Shown: piece by piece, positions 1 to 8,252 of the stretch | Layout of the letters: every line of letters starts with the position of its first letter | Numbering within the stretch: position 1 is the stretch's first letter | From: Acidimicrobiales bacterium | GTDB taxonomy: Bacteria; Actinomycetota; Acidimicrobiia; Acidimicrobiales; JAUTXP01 | Assembly: GCA_036008925.1 (NCBI GenBank) | Contig: DASYMT010000010.1 | Coordinates: 1-33,802, forward strand | Direction: 5' to 3' | Length of the DNA: 33,802 nt | The notes under the pieces: generated by a model | Database searches by the model: none | What the model saw: the letters and a program-made list of their open reading frames with translations, nothing else | Told to the model about the DNA's origin: nothing | Made by a program: the position numbers and the translations under genes

Positions 1-124
1 AGGCCCGAAGCAGCTCATCGAGGGCCACGTCGAGCGCTCTGGCGAGCCGGAGCATCGTCTGCAACGACGGGCCCCGTCCCTCCTTGAGCGCCGAAAGTTG
101 CCTATCGGTGTAAGGATTTCTCAT
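1..124 (-). CDS. XRE-family helix-turn-helix protein, partial (runs off the left edge; start uncertain)
   Basis: My own translation of the minus strand from the ATG at 124..122 gives MRNPYTDRQLSALKEGRGPSLQTMLRLARALDVALDELLRA. This matches the 'ErG..PSl.tL..lA.aL.v.l.eLl' part of Cro/C1-type HTH domains. The frame stays open upstream to about 262, so the real start may lie further upstream. It is absent from the ORF track because the window edge truncates it. Confidence 0.4.
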   Translation of the reverse strand, partial: MRNPYTDRQLSALKEGRGPSLQTMLRLARALDVALDELLRA

Positions 125-171
125 CGTTGTGACGCACCGAGTCAATGTGCCCGCCACCCTCGATTGCCGTC

Positions 172-190
172 TACCCCCAAATGGGGGGTA
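172..190. promoter_or_regulatory. Inverted repeat TACCCCC-N5-GGGGGTA between the XRE-like gene and the small secreted-protein gene (candidate operator or hairpin)
   Basis: There are perfect 7-bp arms at 172-178 and 184-190 with loop aaatg, followed by a T-rich run (tatttcgttgt). The repeat lies in a locally AT-richer divergent gap. Confidence 0.25.
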
Positions 191-274
191 TTTCGTTGTC
201 CCCGCTAGCCCTTGCGCGAATGTGTGGAGTGGGAAGGGGGGTCGGCGCGATGAGGGCTGCATATCGTTTTCGCG

Positions 275-544
275 TTGAGCACAACGGCGCTGGCAGCGTT
301 GTGGACGATTGCGCTTGTTGCTGCGAAGCCTGCCCCGGCCAAAGCTGACTGCCTGCGGCTCGATGCTTGGGTCACTTGGGCCGCTGGCGGATCGACCTCG
401 GTCACGCCGTGGCCGAGGGGTTACTGCATCCACGACACACCGTGGACTGAGGTGGTCCACCCCTATGTCGCCGATCATGAGGGATGGCCCCCCGCTCCCT
501 TCCCCAACGGCGTCTACGTCGACGGGTCGATCACCTCGCCCTAG
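275..544 (+). CDS. Small hypothetical secreted protein (signal peptide, two Cys, Trp-rich)
   Basis: This is an 89-aa ORF with a TTG start. The N-terminus MSTTALAALWTIALVAAKPAPAKA/DC looks like a Sec signal peptide with an AxA cleavage site. I recognise no family, and it abuts the next ORF with no gap. Confidence 0.4.
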   Translation: MSTTALAALWTIALVAAKPAPAKADCLRLDAWVTWAAGGSTSVTPWPRGYCIHDTPWTEVVHPYVADHEGWPPAPFPNGVYVDGSITSP

Positions 545-1570
545 TTACTCCACGCCGGCCCATCGTTCGCATACCGCGCGTCGAAGGCTGGAGTCGCACT
601 TCACAGTTACGGCCACGATGGTCGAGCTGTTGGTAGGAGCACGAACGAGGGCGACCGAGGCCTCGCCTGCGCGTTCTGGAATTGGGAGCCGCGCGACCGA
701 GGTCGCCAGCGCCGACGGCGGGTTCGTGCGGGGTAGCCGGTACGTGGTCGGCGTGCCAAAGCGGGCACCGAACTCGGGCGATCTCCTCTGGAGAAGGTGG
801 GGCGGCTGCCGCACGCGTTGGGCGCGGGCCAATGCGGGCGGCGATCGCGGAGGTTCCCCGACTTGTGGATGGACGGCAGCATTGGACATTGCGAAGCCGA
901 CGTGCGTCACGGCTGAGATGGCCCCGGCCATGATCGGTAGGGCAGGGTGCGGCTCCACCAGGCGGTTGCGCCATCGCCCGCAGGCCACCGCGATCGCACC
1001 GAGGAGATCGCGAAAGTGCTCACCGAGATTCGCCCGGCTCCGATGGATCGCCACGCGCTCAGCGCTCGTGTAGCTCCCGCCTCGCCGCAACAGCATGACT
1101 GCGCGCCGCTCAGCGGGAGTCAGTCGCGCCATTCGCATGTCGACGGCGGCCCGCAAGAGTGCCCGCTCGTGAGGATCGAGACCCTCCGGGTCCGGCATCA
1201 GGATCTCATCGACGCTCACACGCCTTCCGACGAGCAGCCGTCGTCGACGCGTTTCGGTTCGCTGGGCGCTCATGATCCGCCATCGGGCTGCGGCCTCGGC
1301 CATGGTGAGCAACCGTCCGTCGCTGGGAGCACTCACCTCTTTGCTGATGAAGCGGACGAGAACGTCGCTCATCAGGTCGTCAAGGTCGTCGTGGCTGAGC
1401 GCACCGAACCGACCGACCTTCTCTCGAAGCCTCGGCTCGATGCGCCGCCACGATCGATCAGCTCCGGTGCGTCGAACGGGCTGTGCATTTGCCCGTCCTG
1501 CTCGTCGTTGCCTCCCACGAACAGGTATTCCACCTGTCTCGGGCCAGCCCTTTCTTCGAGCCGAGGTCAA
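545..1570 (-). CDS. Sigma-70-like protein (region-4-type HTH) with a C-terminal hydrophobic segment; possibly decayed
   Basis: LTPAERRAVMLLRRGGSYTSAERVAIHRSRANL resembles sigma region 4, and SHDDLDDLMSDVLVRFI weakly resembles region 2. There is one hydrophobic stretch, ALPIMAGAISAVTHVGFAMS. The first ~45 residues are Arg-rich and look untranslated. Third-position GC is only about 72% over 64 codons I hand-counted, far below neighbouring genes. Confidence 0.4.
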   Translation of the reverse strand: MTSARRKGWPETGGIPVRGRQRRAGRANAQPVRRTGADRSWRRIEPRLREKVGRFGALSHDDLDDLMSDVLVRFISKEVSAPSDGRLLTMAEAAARWRIMSAQRTETRRRRLLVGRRVSVDEILMPDPEGLDPHERALLRAAVDMRMARLTPAERRAVMLLRRGGSYTSAERVAIHRSRANLGEHFRDLLGAIAVACGRWRNRLVEPHPALPIMAGAISAVTHVGFAMSNAAVHPQVGEPPRSPPALARAQRVRQPPHLLQRRSPEFGARFGTPTTYRLPRTNPPSALATSVARLPIPERAGEASVALVRAPTNSSTIVAVTVKCDSSLRRAVCERWAGVE

Positions 1571-1652
1571 ACTCGAGGATTCACCTCGATCACGCCCCGC
1601 GGCGTGGTGTAGCTCGACCCCGGTTTGAACGGCTCGACCTCAACAGTGTCGC

Positions 1653-1925
1653 TCAGGCGGTGAGGGCGAGTGGCAGGCGCCGTTCGAGCAGCGACGGGAA
1701 GAAGCTGCCGGTCCGCAGCTTCGGGACAGGTTGTCGGTCCGCTCGTGTGGGCCGCCGCCGATCACCGTGCTCGCCCCGCCTCGATCATCTGTTGGAGGGT
1801 CCACTCCAGCGATGTGCGGATATGTCGGTCATCTCCCTGGCGCGCAGCGCGAGCAGGTCAGACTCGGTGAGGGCCACCGGCGATCTCCTCTTCGTAATCC
1901 CGGCTAGGAACACGTCGAGACTGAC
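1653..1925 (-). pseudogene. IS256/mutator-family transposase relic (N-terminal fragment with an in-frame stop, truncated)
   Basis: The minus-strand translation reads ...VALTESDLLALRAREMTDISAHRWSGPSNR*SRRGEHGDRRRPTRADRQPVPKLRTGSFFPSLLERRLPLALTA*. The PKLRTGSFFPSLLERR string matches the conserved IPKLRxGSYFPxxLLERRxRAExAL block of IS256-family (e.g. IS1081-type) transposases, and the TRAD and ALxxxxxxAL spacing is also consistent. There is an internal TGA at 1785-1787. The rest of the roughly 400-aa protein is missing. Confidence 0.5.
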
Positions 1926-1969
1926 CCGGTGGCCCACCCCTCGCGGTGGACCCCCTAGAGCGCCGATCG

Positions 1970-2746
1970 CTAGGGGCAGGGGAACCACGAGTTGAAGCCC
2001 GCGGCCAGCCCCTCGTCGCCGCTCACCGTCAGCCCGCCCCGCTCGCCCCGGTAGAGGAGCAGCAGCACCTGGGCCGCGGGCCCGCGGAAGATCACGTCGG
2101 GCGCGGGGCCGTCCTCTTCGAACCGGCTCAGCGTCACCGCCCCGGCCAGCGACGAGACCGTCCAGGCCAGGGCCAGGTCGTCGGCCCACAGCACCCACCG
2201 TCCGTCGGCCGGCTCACGGGCCCATGCGGGCAGGCGCTCCACCGCACGCGGCAGGGTCGACTCGGCGAAGGCCGTGGGCCAGTCCTCGGCCGCCGCCCCC
2301 AGGTTCAAGTCGAGGTGGTGGACCTCGACCTCCAGCCACCGGCGCACGACGGCCTCCGCCATGGTGATGGGCCGGGCGCGGCGGGCAGTGAGGCCCTCGC
2401 GGGACCAGGCCTCGGCGGGCATGGCCGCCCACGTCTCGTGCAGCCACTCGACCGACTGGGCCACATCCGACACCACCTCCGCCGCGGGCTTGCCCCGGCC
2501 CAAGGCGATGTCGGCCGCCCGCCCGTCCAGGCCACCCGGGTACATCTCGGCCGCCTCGCCCCGCATGGCCCCCTCGGCCAGTCGGCGGAAGGCGTCGGCG
2601 TTGCGGGCCAGGTGGGTGAGCACTTCGGCCCGGGACCAGTCGGGCAGCTTGGACGGCGCCGCGGCCTCGCCGTCGGTCAGCCCCTCGATGCGGGCCAACA
2701 GCCGGGCCTCGGCCCCGGCCAGGTGGGAGAGCTCGGCGGGCCGCAT
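1970..2746 (-). CDS. Maleylpyruvate isomerase family mycothiol-dependent enzyme (DinB/MDMPI fold)
   Basis: This is a 258-aa ORF. The N-terminus LLARIEGLTDGEAAAPSKLPDWSRAEVLTHLARNADAF is typical of the MDMPI_N/DinB family. The C-terminal half fits the MDMPI C domain. Confidence 0.85.
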   Translation of the reverse strand: MRPAELSHLAGAEARLLARIEGLTDGEAAAPSKLPDWSRAEVLTHLARNADAFRRLAEGAMRGEAAEMYPGGLDGRAADIALGRGKPAAEVVSDVAQSVEWLHETWAAMPAEAWSREGLTARRARPITMAEAVVRRWLEVEVHHLDLNLGAAAEDWPTAFAESTLPRAVERLPAWAREPADGRWVLWADDLALAWTVSSLAGAVTLSRFEEDGPAPDVIFRGPAAQVLLLLYRGERGGLTVSGDEGLAAGFNSWFPCP

Positions 2747-2757
2747 CGCTCAGCCCC

Positions 2758-3390
2758 TCACCGCACCGCGAAGCCGACGACCGCCTCCAACTGGGCGAGC
2801 GCGTCGGCCGGGTCGACCACATTGATCGTGTGCATGCCCATCTCCCGGGCGGGCTTCAAGTTGATGCCCAGGTCGTCGAGGAACACGGCCTCGTGGGGCT
2901 CGATGCCCAGGGCGTCGCAGGCCATCCGGTAGAAGCGGGGGTCGGGCTTGCGCACGCCGGCCTTGCTCGACTCGATGATCACGTCGAACAGCGACAGCAC
3001 GTCGTCGAGGCCGATGCCGCCCTCGGGTGCGATGAAGTTGTTGGTGAGCAGCGCCGTCTTGCAGTGCTCCCGGCAGCGTCGGACGGCCTCGACCATCTCC
3101 GGCCGCACCTCGCCCGCCAGCAGGGCGATCACGGCCCGGGCGTCGACCGGGTGCCCGAGGGCCAGCGCCTCGGACTCGAACAGCTCGCAGAACCGCTCGA
3201 ACGGCACTTCGTTGCGCTCCAAGAGGGCCCAGGCGTTGTCATGCGGGTTCACGCTGTTGACCTGGCGCAGGAAGCCCGGGGGCAGCCCGTTGGCCTGCTC
3301 GAAGTGGGTGAAGGCCTCGAACGGGCTCGACAGGATGACGCCGCCGAAGTCCCACAAGACCGCCCTGATCGGGGGGCTGCTCCGGCTCAA
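2758..3390 (-). CDS. HAD-superfamily hydrolase (subfamily IA variant 3-like)
   Basis: AVLWDFGGVI is HAD motif I of the FDxGGV type, and the LTNN and DD motifs are present downstream. I prefer the TTG at 3390, which forms a TTGA overlap with the M20 stop, over the track start at 3420. Confidence 0.85.
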   Translation of the reverse strand: MSRSSPPIRAVLWDFGGVILSSPFEAFTHFEQANGLPPGFLRQVNSVNPHDNAWALLERNEVPFERFCELFESEALALGHPVDARAVIALLAGEVRPEMVEAVRRCREHCKTALLTNNFIAPEGGIGLDDVLSLFDVIIESSKAGVRKPDPRFYRMACDALGIEPHEAVFLDDLGINLKPAREMGMHTINVVDPADALAQLEAVVGFAVR

Positions 3391-4730
3391 CCGAGGAACT
3401 CCTTGGACAGGCCCGTCCACAGCTCGGTGGACAGGCGCAGCGACTCGGTGTCCACCCGCTCGTTGTTGCCGTGGTACATGGCCGAGATCTCCCGGGGCGG
3501 GATGCGCCCGCTGAACAGGCCGAACCCGTACGAGTGCACGCCCCGGCGGCGGAAGAAGCGGGCGTCAGTGGCCCCGGTCATCATGGAGGGCACGAGGGTG
3601 GCGCCCGGGGCCAGCCTGCCGCACAGCGACTCCAACGCCGACCACAGCGGCGTGTCGATGGGCGAGGCGGTGGCCTCGTCGTTGCTGATGGCCGAGACCT
3701 GCACGCTGTCGCGCAGGTCGGGGCCGATGATGTCGTCGAGCATGCCGTCCACGTCCGCCGCGGTGTGGCCGGGCAGGGTGCGGATGTCGATCTCCAGGTC
3801 GACGCGGTCGGGGATGACGTTGGTCTTGGCGCCCGCGTGCATGATCGTGGGGGCGAAGGTGGCGTGGGTGCAGGCGTGGGCGGTGCGGGCCAGGTCGACC
3901 CGGCCCATCTCGTGGACCGTCCCCCAGAGCCGGTCGGCGTCGAGCAGGGCGGCGGTCAGGTCGGGCGGGTACGACATGCCCTCCACGAACCGGCGCCAGA
4001 CCTCGTGGATGCGCGTCTCGGGCCGGTACTCGGCGATGCGGCGCACGATCTCGGCCGCCTTCACCAAGGCGTTGTCGGTGCGGAGGGGCCGCGAGGCGTG
4101 GGCGGGCGTGCCGTGGACCCGCAGCCTGCACCAATGGGCCCCCTTCTCGGCCACGTTCACGGTGAGCTTGGGGCCGGTGGGCGAGGGGAGGGGGATGCCG
4201 CCCGACTCGGTGATCACGTAGTCGGCCTGCACCGCGTCCCACTCGTGCTCCACCAGGTACTCGGCCCCGTGGGTGCCCAGCGCCTCCTCGTCGGCCACGG
4301 CCAGGTACACGATGGTGCCCTTGGGCTTGAACGACTTGTCGGCGGCCAGGAGCTTCATGGCCACGGCCATCGAGGAGGTGAGGTTCAGCATGTCGACCGC
4401 GCCCCGGCCCCACACCTCGCCCTCGATCAGCTCGCCGCCGAACGGGTCGCGTTCCCAGCCCTCGGGGTTGGCGGGCACCACGTCGGTGTGGCCCATGAGC
4501 AAGACGGTGGGGGCGGCCGGGTCGGTGCCCTCGATGCGGGCGACCAGGCTGGCCCGGCCGGGTGTGGGCTCGTACGTCTCGACGTCCAGCCCCTTGCGGG
4601 GGAGGTAGGAGCGGAGCAGGTCGACGCTGCGGGTCTCGTGGCCGGACGCCGCCGTCCCGTCGTTCACGCACTCGTTGCGGATCAGGTGCTGGAGGAGGTC
4701 GGTCACCTCTCCGGTGACGTCGCCGGCCAT
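3387..4730 (-). CDS. M20/M25/M40 family metallopeptidase (ArgE/DapE-like)
   Basis: This is a 447-aa ORF with MGHTDVVPANPEGWERDPF, GRGAVDMLN and AVADEEALGTHGA metal-ligand motifs typical of M20 peptidases. Confidence 0.9.
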   Translation of the reverse strand: MAGDVTGEVTDLLQHLIRNECVNDGTAASGHETRSVDLLRSYLPRKGLDVETYEPTPGRASLVARIEGTDPAAPTVLLMGHTDVVPANPEGWERDPFGGELIEGEVWGRGAVDMLNLTSSMAVAMKLLAADKSFKPKGTIVYLAVADEEALGTHGAEYLVEHEWDAVQADYVITESGGIPLPSPTGPKLTVNVAEKGAHWCRLRVHGTPAHASRPLRTDNALVKAAEIVRRIAEYRPETRIHEVWRRFVEGMSYPPDLTAALLDADRLWGTVHEMGRVDLARTAHACTHATFAPTIMHAGAKTNVIPDRVDLEIDIRTLPGHTAADVDGMLDDIIGPDLRDSVQVSAISNDEATASPIDTPLWSALESLCGRLAPGATLVPSMMTGATDARFFRRRGVHSYGFGLFSGRIPPREISAMYHGNNERVDTESLRLSTELWTGLSKEFLG

Positions 4731-4763
4731 GCGGGCATCCTAGGGAGCAGCGAGGCGATCCCT

Positions 4764-4769
4764 TATTGT
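4764..4769 (+). promoter_or_regulatory. Candidate -10 element (TATTGT) for a leaderless or short-leader NYN-S1 gene
   Basis: A TANNNT-type hexamer lies 9 nt upstream of the GTG at 4779, inside the 48-nt divergent gap. Confidence 0.25.
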
Positions 4770-4778
4770 GCAGGCACA

Positions 4779-6257
4779 GTGAGTCAACGCCACGTCGTCG
4801 TCGACGGCTCGAACATCGCCACTGAAGGCCGCTCCCTGCCCAGCCTCGCCCAACTCGACGAGGCCGTACAGGAGTTCCGTCGCGAGTACCCCGACGACGT
4901 CATCACCGTCGTGGTCGACGCCACCTTCGGCCACCGCATCGACGAGTCGGAGCTGGAGCCGTTCAAGGAGGCCGAGGCCCACAACGAGGTCGTCTCGCCG
5001 CCTGCCGGGGCCATCGGCCGGGGCGACGCCTTCCTGCTGCGGATCGCCGAGCGGGTGGGCGCCACCGTGCTGTCGAACGACTCGTTCCAGGAGTTCCACG
5101 GCGAGCACGACTGGCTCTTCGACAAGGGCAGGCTCATCGGCGGCAAGCCCGTGCCCAGCATCGGGTGGATCTTCACTCCCCGGACGCCGGTGCGGGGGCC
5201 GAAGTCGCGAGAGGCGGTCAAGGTCGCCAAGCGGGCCAAGAAGGCGTCGGTCAGCGAGTTCGGGAGCCTGGAGGAGGAGGTGGCCGCCCGCCGGGCCCGA
5301 GGGTCCAGGCCCACCGCCGCCTCCAGAGCCGACAAGGCCGAGAAGCCGGAGAAGGCAGAGAAGGCCCAAAGGCCGGCCAAGAAGGCGGCCAAGGTGTCGA
5401 AGGCCATTGCCCTGGCCACCGAAGAGGCGGTCGAGCCGGACTCGGCCTCGGCCCGACGCCGCCGGCGCCGCCGCTCCAGCGGTGCGCCGCCGTCCGATCC
5501 CGTGAACGCGCCCCTGACCTTCATCAACTTCGTGTCCGAGCACCCGCTGGGCAGCGAGGTGGAGGGCGAGGTCGACCACTTCTCGTCGCACGGGGCCTTC
5601 ATCCGGGTAGGCGACGCCGAGTGCTATGTGCCCCTGTCGGCCATGGGCGACCCGCCGCCCCGCGCCGCTCGCGAGGTGCTGAAGCGGGACGAGCCCCGCA
5701 TGTTCGTCATCCAGGCCTTCGACCCGCCGCGGCGGGGGATCGAGCTGGCCCTGCCCGGCTTCGCCCATGTGGCGGCGCGGCCCACCGACGAGACGGTGGA
5801 GGACGAGATCGCCGAGGGGACGCCGACCAAGAAGCAGGCGGCTCGGCCGAAGACGGCGTCGAAGCGGGGCCCGGCCAAGAAGGCGCCCGCCAAGAAGAAG
5901 GCGGCTGAGCTGACGAAGGCCGAGCCGACGAAGAAGGCGTCCGCCAAGAAGGCCGCGGCCGGGAAGAGGGCAGCCGAGAAACGGGCAGCCGGGAAGAAGG
6001 CAGCCGAGCCCGCCAAGAAGGCGGCGGCCAAGAAGCAGTCGACCCCGCAGAAGGCCGCGGCCCCGACAAAGAAGACCGCAGCGCGGGCCAAGGCGGCGGC
6101 GCCGGCCAAGAAGGGGGCGGCCAAGAAGGCGGCGGCGCCCGCCAAGAAGGCGGCCAAGAAGGCTGCGGCCCCGGCCACCAAGGCGGCCAAGGCCCCGGCC
6201 ACCAAGGCCAAGAAGGCGGCCAAGCCCGCCAAGGCCCCCGCCCCCCGCAAGCGCTGA
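4779..6257 (+). CDS. NYN (Zc3h12a-like RNase) domain / S1-like OB domain protein with a Lys/Ala-rich histone-H1-like C-terminal tail
   Basis: This is the real part of the 928-aa track ORF, with a GTG start at 4779 just after the divergent M20 gene. HVVVDGSNIATEG...VVVDATF...AFLLRIAERVGATVLSNDSFQEF fits a NYN/PIN-like nuclease. GSEVEGEVDHFSSHGAFIRVGDAECYVPLSAM is S1-like. The last ~150 aa consist of AKKA/PAKK repeats. Confidence 0.8.
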   Translation: MSQRHVVVDGSNIATEGRSLPSLAQLDEAVQEFRREYPDDVITVVVDATFGHRIDESELEPFKEAEAHNEVVSPPAGAIGRGDAFLLRIAERVGATVLSNDSFQEFHGEHDWLFDKGRLIGGKPVPSIGWIFTPRTPVRGPKSREAVKVAKRAKKASVSEFGSLEEEVAARRARGSRPTAASRADKAEKPEKAEKAQRPAKKAAKVSKAIALATEEAVEPDSASARRRRRRRSSGAPPSDPVNAPLTFINFVSEHPLGSEVEGEVDHFSSHGAFIRVGDAECYVPLSAMGDPPPRAAREVLKRDEPRMFVIQAFDPPRRGIELALPGFAHVAARPTDETVEDEIAEGTPTKKQAARPKTASKRGPAKKAPAKKKAAELTKAEPTKKASAKKAAAGKRAAEKRAAGKKAAEPAKKAAAKKQSTPQKAAAPTKKTAARAKAAAPAKKGAAKKAAAPAKKAAKKAAAPATKAAKAPATKAKKAAKPAKAPAPRKR

Positions 6258-6317
6258 CCCCCCGCCCCCCGCCGCCGCCCGTTTGCCCCCGGCCGCGAAC
6301 GTGCGAGCGTCAACCGA

Positions 6318-6974
6318 CTACTTCTGGCTGGTTCGCGCTCTCATGTTGCGGATGATGCGCTGGAAGAAGGGGCGGGGCTGCACGCCGGGGATGAGAAAGC
6401 CGCTGTCCGGGTCGGCGCGGGCGCCCGCGCCGTTGGCCCCCACCAGCCAGGCGGGCGTCCCCGCCACTCCCGCCTCCCGGGCCAGCGCCATCGACGAGTC
6501 GACCCACGCCGACGGCTCGCCCCCGGCCACCGCGTCCCACGCCTCGCCGCCGCCCACGCCCGCCGCCTCCAGCAGCCCGTCGAGCACGGGCACGTCGTCG
6601 ATGGACAGGTGTTGCACGAAGTGGGCCTTGAAGACGAGGGCCGAGAAGCGGGCGTGGGCGTCCGGCCCCACCGCCCGGCGCACCCACTCCGAGACCTCAA
6701 GCACCCGCCGGGTGTTGGGCGTGCGCACCGGCGGGTCGAAGGGCAGGCCCAGCTCCTCGGCCTCGGCCGCAGGCCCGGCGTAGCGGGCGGCCGACGGGGC
6801 CCGCTCCACCCCGCCCGCCGGGATGTTTGGGTGCAGCTCGAAGGGCAGCACGGTGACCCGGACGCCGAGGGACGCCAGCAGCTCGGTGCGGTCCTGGCCC
6901 ACATAGCACCAGGGGCAGAGGTAGTCGCTCCAGCAGAGGGCGTCCACGTCGAGCGAGCGTAGGCTCGCCCGCAT
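6318..6974 (-). CDS. DsbA-family (FrnE-like) thiol:disulfide oxidoreductase
   Basis: There is a CPWC active site in DALCWSDYLCPWCYVGQ. I prefer the ATG at 6974 ([11 protein letters not shown]...), because the Arg-rich upstream extension to 7088 would overlap the ABC1 gene. Confidence 0.8.
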   Translation of the reverse strand: MRASLRSLDVDALCWSDYLCPWCYVGQDRTELLASLGVRVTVLPFELHPNIPAGGVERAPSAARYAGPAAEAEELGLPFDPPVRTPNTRRVLEVSEWVRRAVGPDAHARFSALVFKAHFVQHLSIDDVPVLDGLLEAAGVGGGEAWDAVAGGEPSAWVDSSMALAREAGVAGTPAWLVGANGAGARADPDSGFLIPGVQPRPFFQRIIRNMRARTSQK

Positions 6975-8241
6975 GCCCCTCGTGCGCCGGGCGGCCAAGG
7001 TCGCCACCACCTTCACCACCAACCTGGCCCGCCGGCACGAGCCGCTGCCCCGGCGGGTGCGCGACGCCTTCACCGCCCTCGGCCCCACCTACGTCAAGCT
7101 GGGCCAGCTCATCGCCAGCAGCCCCGGCCTCTTCCCGCCCGACTGGGCCGAGGAGTTCGGCGTGCTGCGCGACCAGGTCCCGCCGTTCCCCGGCGTGGAG
7201 GCCCGCAAGATCATCCGCGACGAACTGGCCATGCCCCTCAGCCGCTGCTTCTCCGACTTCGGCGACGAGCCCATCGCGGCCGCGTCGATCGGCCAGGTCC
7301 ACCCGGCCGTCTTGAAGGACGGAACCCGGGTCGTGGTCAAGGTGCAGCGCCCCAACCTCGACCGCCAGGTGAACGACGACGTGCGGGCCATGAAGATGCT
7401 CGCCGCCGTGCTGGAGCGCATCCCGTACACGGCCATCGCCTCGCCCAAGGCCGTGGTCGAGGACTTCGCCCGCACCCTCGAAGAGGAGATGGACTACCGC
7501 CTTGAGGCCGACAACATGGAGCGGATGCGGGGCATCCTCGACGCCGAGGGCATCAAGGACGTCATCGTGCCCCGGGTCTACCTCGACCTGGTGAGCAAGC
7601 GGGTCCTCACCATGGAGCGGATCGACGGCATCCGCTTCCACGACGTGGAGGCCATGAAGGCGGCCGGGATCGACACGGCCAGGCTGCTGCGCATGGGCGT
7701 GCAGACGGTGGTCGAGGGCGTGCTGCTGCACGGGTTCTTCCACGGCGACCTGCACGCCGGGAACATCGTGGTGCTGCCCGACGGCGGCTTCGTGCTGTTC
7801 GACTTCGGCATCGTCGGCCGTCTGACCGAGTCGGTGCGCACCCGGCTGGCCCAGTACCTCATCGCCGTCAGCACCAACGACTACGAGGCCATGGTGCGGG
7901 CCCTGCGGGCCTTCGGCAGCGTCCCCCAGAGCGTGGACCTGGAGGAGATGGCGCTCGAGATCCAGCGCCTGTACGAGCCCTTCGTCAGAGACGGCGTGGT
8001 GGTGGCCGAGCTGGGCGAGCTGATGAACACCATGATCCGCTCGATGGTGAAGTACCGGGTCCGCATCCCGCGCGAGCTGGTCCTGTTGAGCAAGCAGATG
8101 CTCTACCTGGAGGGGGCGGCCCGGACCCTCGCCCCCGACATCGACCTGCTCGAGGAGCAGCAGGTCATCTACACCACCCTCATGGCCAAGTACCCGGAGC
8201 TGGGTATGGAGCTGCTCAAGGCCATCAACGCCACCGACTAG
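6973..8241 (+). CDS. ABC1/UbiB-family atypical kinase
   Basis: This is a 422-aa ORF with [34 protein letters not shown] and HGDLHAGN motifs characteristic of the ABC1/AarF family. Confidence 0.9.
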   Translation: MPLVRRAAKVATTFTTNLARRHEPLPRRVRDAFTALGPTYVKLGQLIASSPGLFPPDWAEEFGVLRDQVPPFPGVEARKIIRDELAMPLSRCFSDFGDEPIAAASIGQVHPAVLKDGTRVVVKVQRPNLDRQVNDDVRAMKMLAAVLERIPYTAIASPKAVVEDFARTLEEEMDYRLEADNMERMRGILDAEGIKDVIVPRVYLDLVSKRVLTMERIDGIRFHDVEAMKAAGIDTARLLRMGVQTVVEGVLLHGFFHGDLHAGNIVVLPDGGFVLFDFGIVGRLTESVRTRLAQYLIAVSTNDYEAMVRALRAFGSVPQSVDLEEMALEIQRLYEPFVRDGVVVAELGELMNTMIRSMVKYRVRIPRELVLLSKQMLYLEGAARTLAPDIDLLEEQQVIYTTLMAKYPELGMELLKAINATD

Positions 8242-8252
8242 AACGAAACCCG

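Noticed and set aside
1447-1488. A possible 1-nt frameshift in the sigma-like gene. An ATG at 1488 gives MHSPFDAPELIDR in another frame, and this would join WRRIEPRLREKVGRF... by a -1 shift at gatcgTgg.
   Set aside because: The idea rests only on the subjective quality of a 13-aa peptide, and I cannot distinguish it from chance without homologues. I keep it only as a hint that the gene may be decayed.
1598-1650. A tRNA-like fragment (GCGGCGTGGTGTAGCTCGACC...GGTTTGAAC), considered as a possible tRNA or att remnant next to the IS relic.
   Set aside because: I can draw no anticodon arm, no proper T-loop (GGTTCGAATCC) and no acceptor pairing. The resemblance is limited to a D-loop-like TAGCTC.
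3471-4778. The N-terminal 436 codons of the 928-aa track ORF 3471..6257 (+).
   Set aside because: It is Gly/Arg/Val/His-rich with no motifs and lies exactly antisense to the well-supported M20 peptidase. This is a typical high-GC shadow ORF, and the real gene starts at the GTG at 4779.
5820-6254. Highly repetitive AAGAAGGCGGC/GCCAAGAAGG DNA, considered as a possible CRISPR, VNTR or satellite.
   Set aside because: The repeats are irregular and in frame, and they simply encode the AKKA/PAKK low-complexity tail of the NYN-S1 protein. There is no repeat-spacer periodicity.
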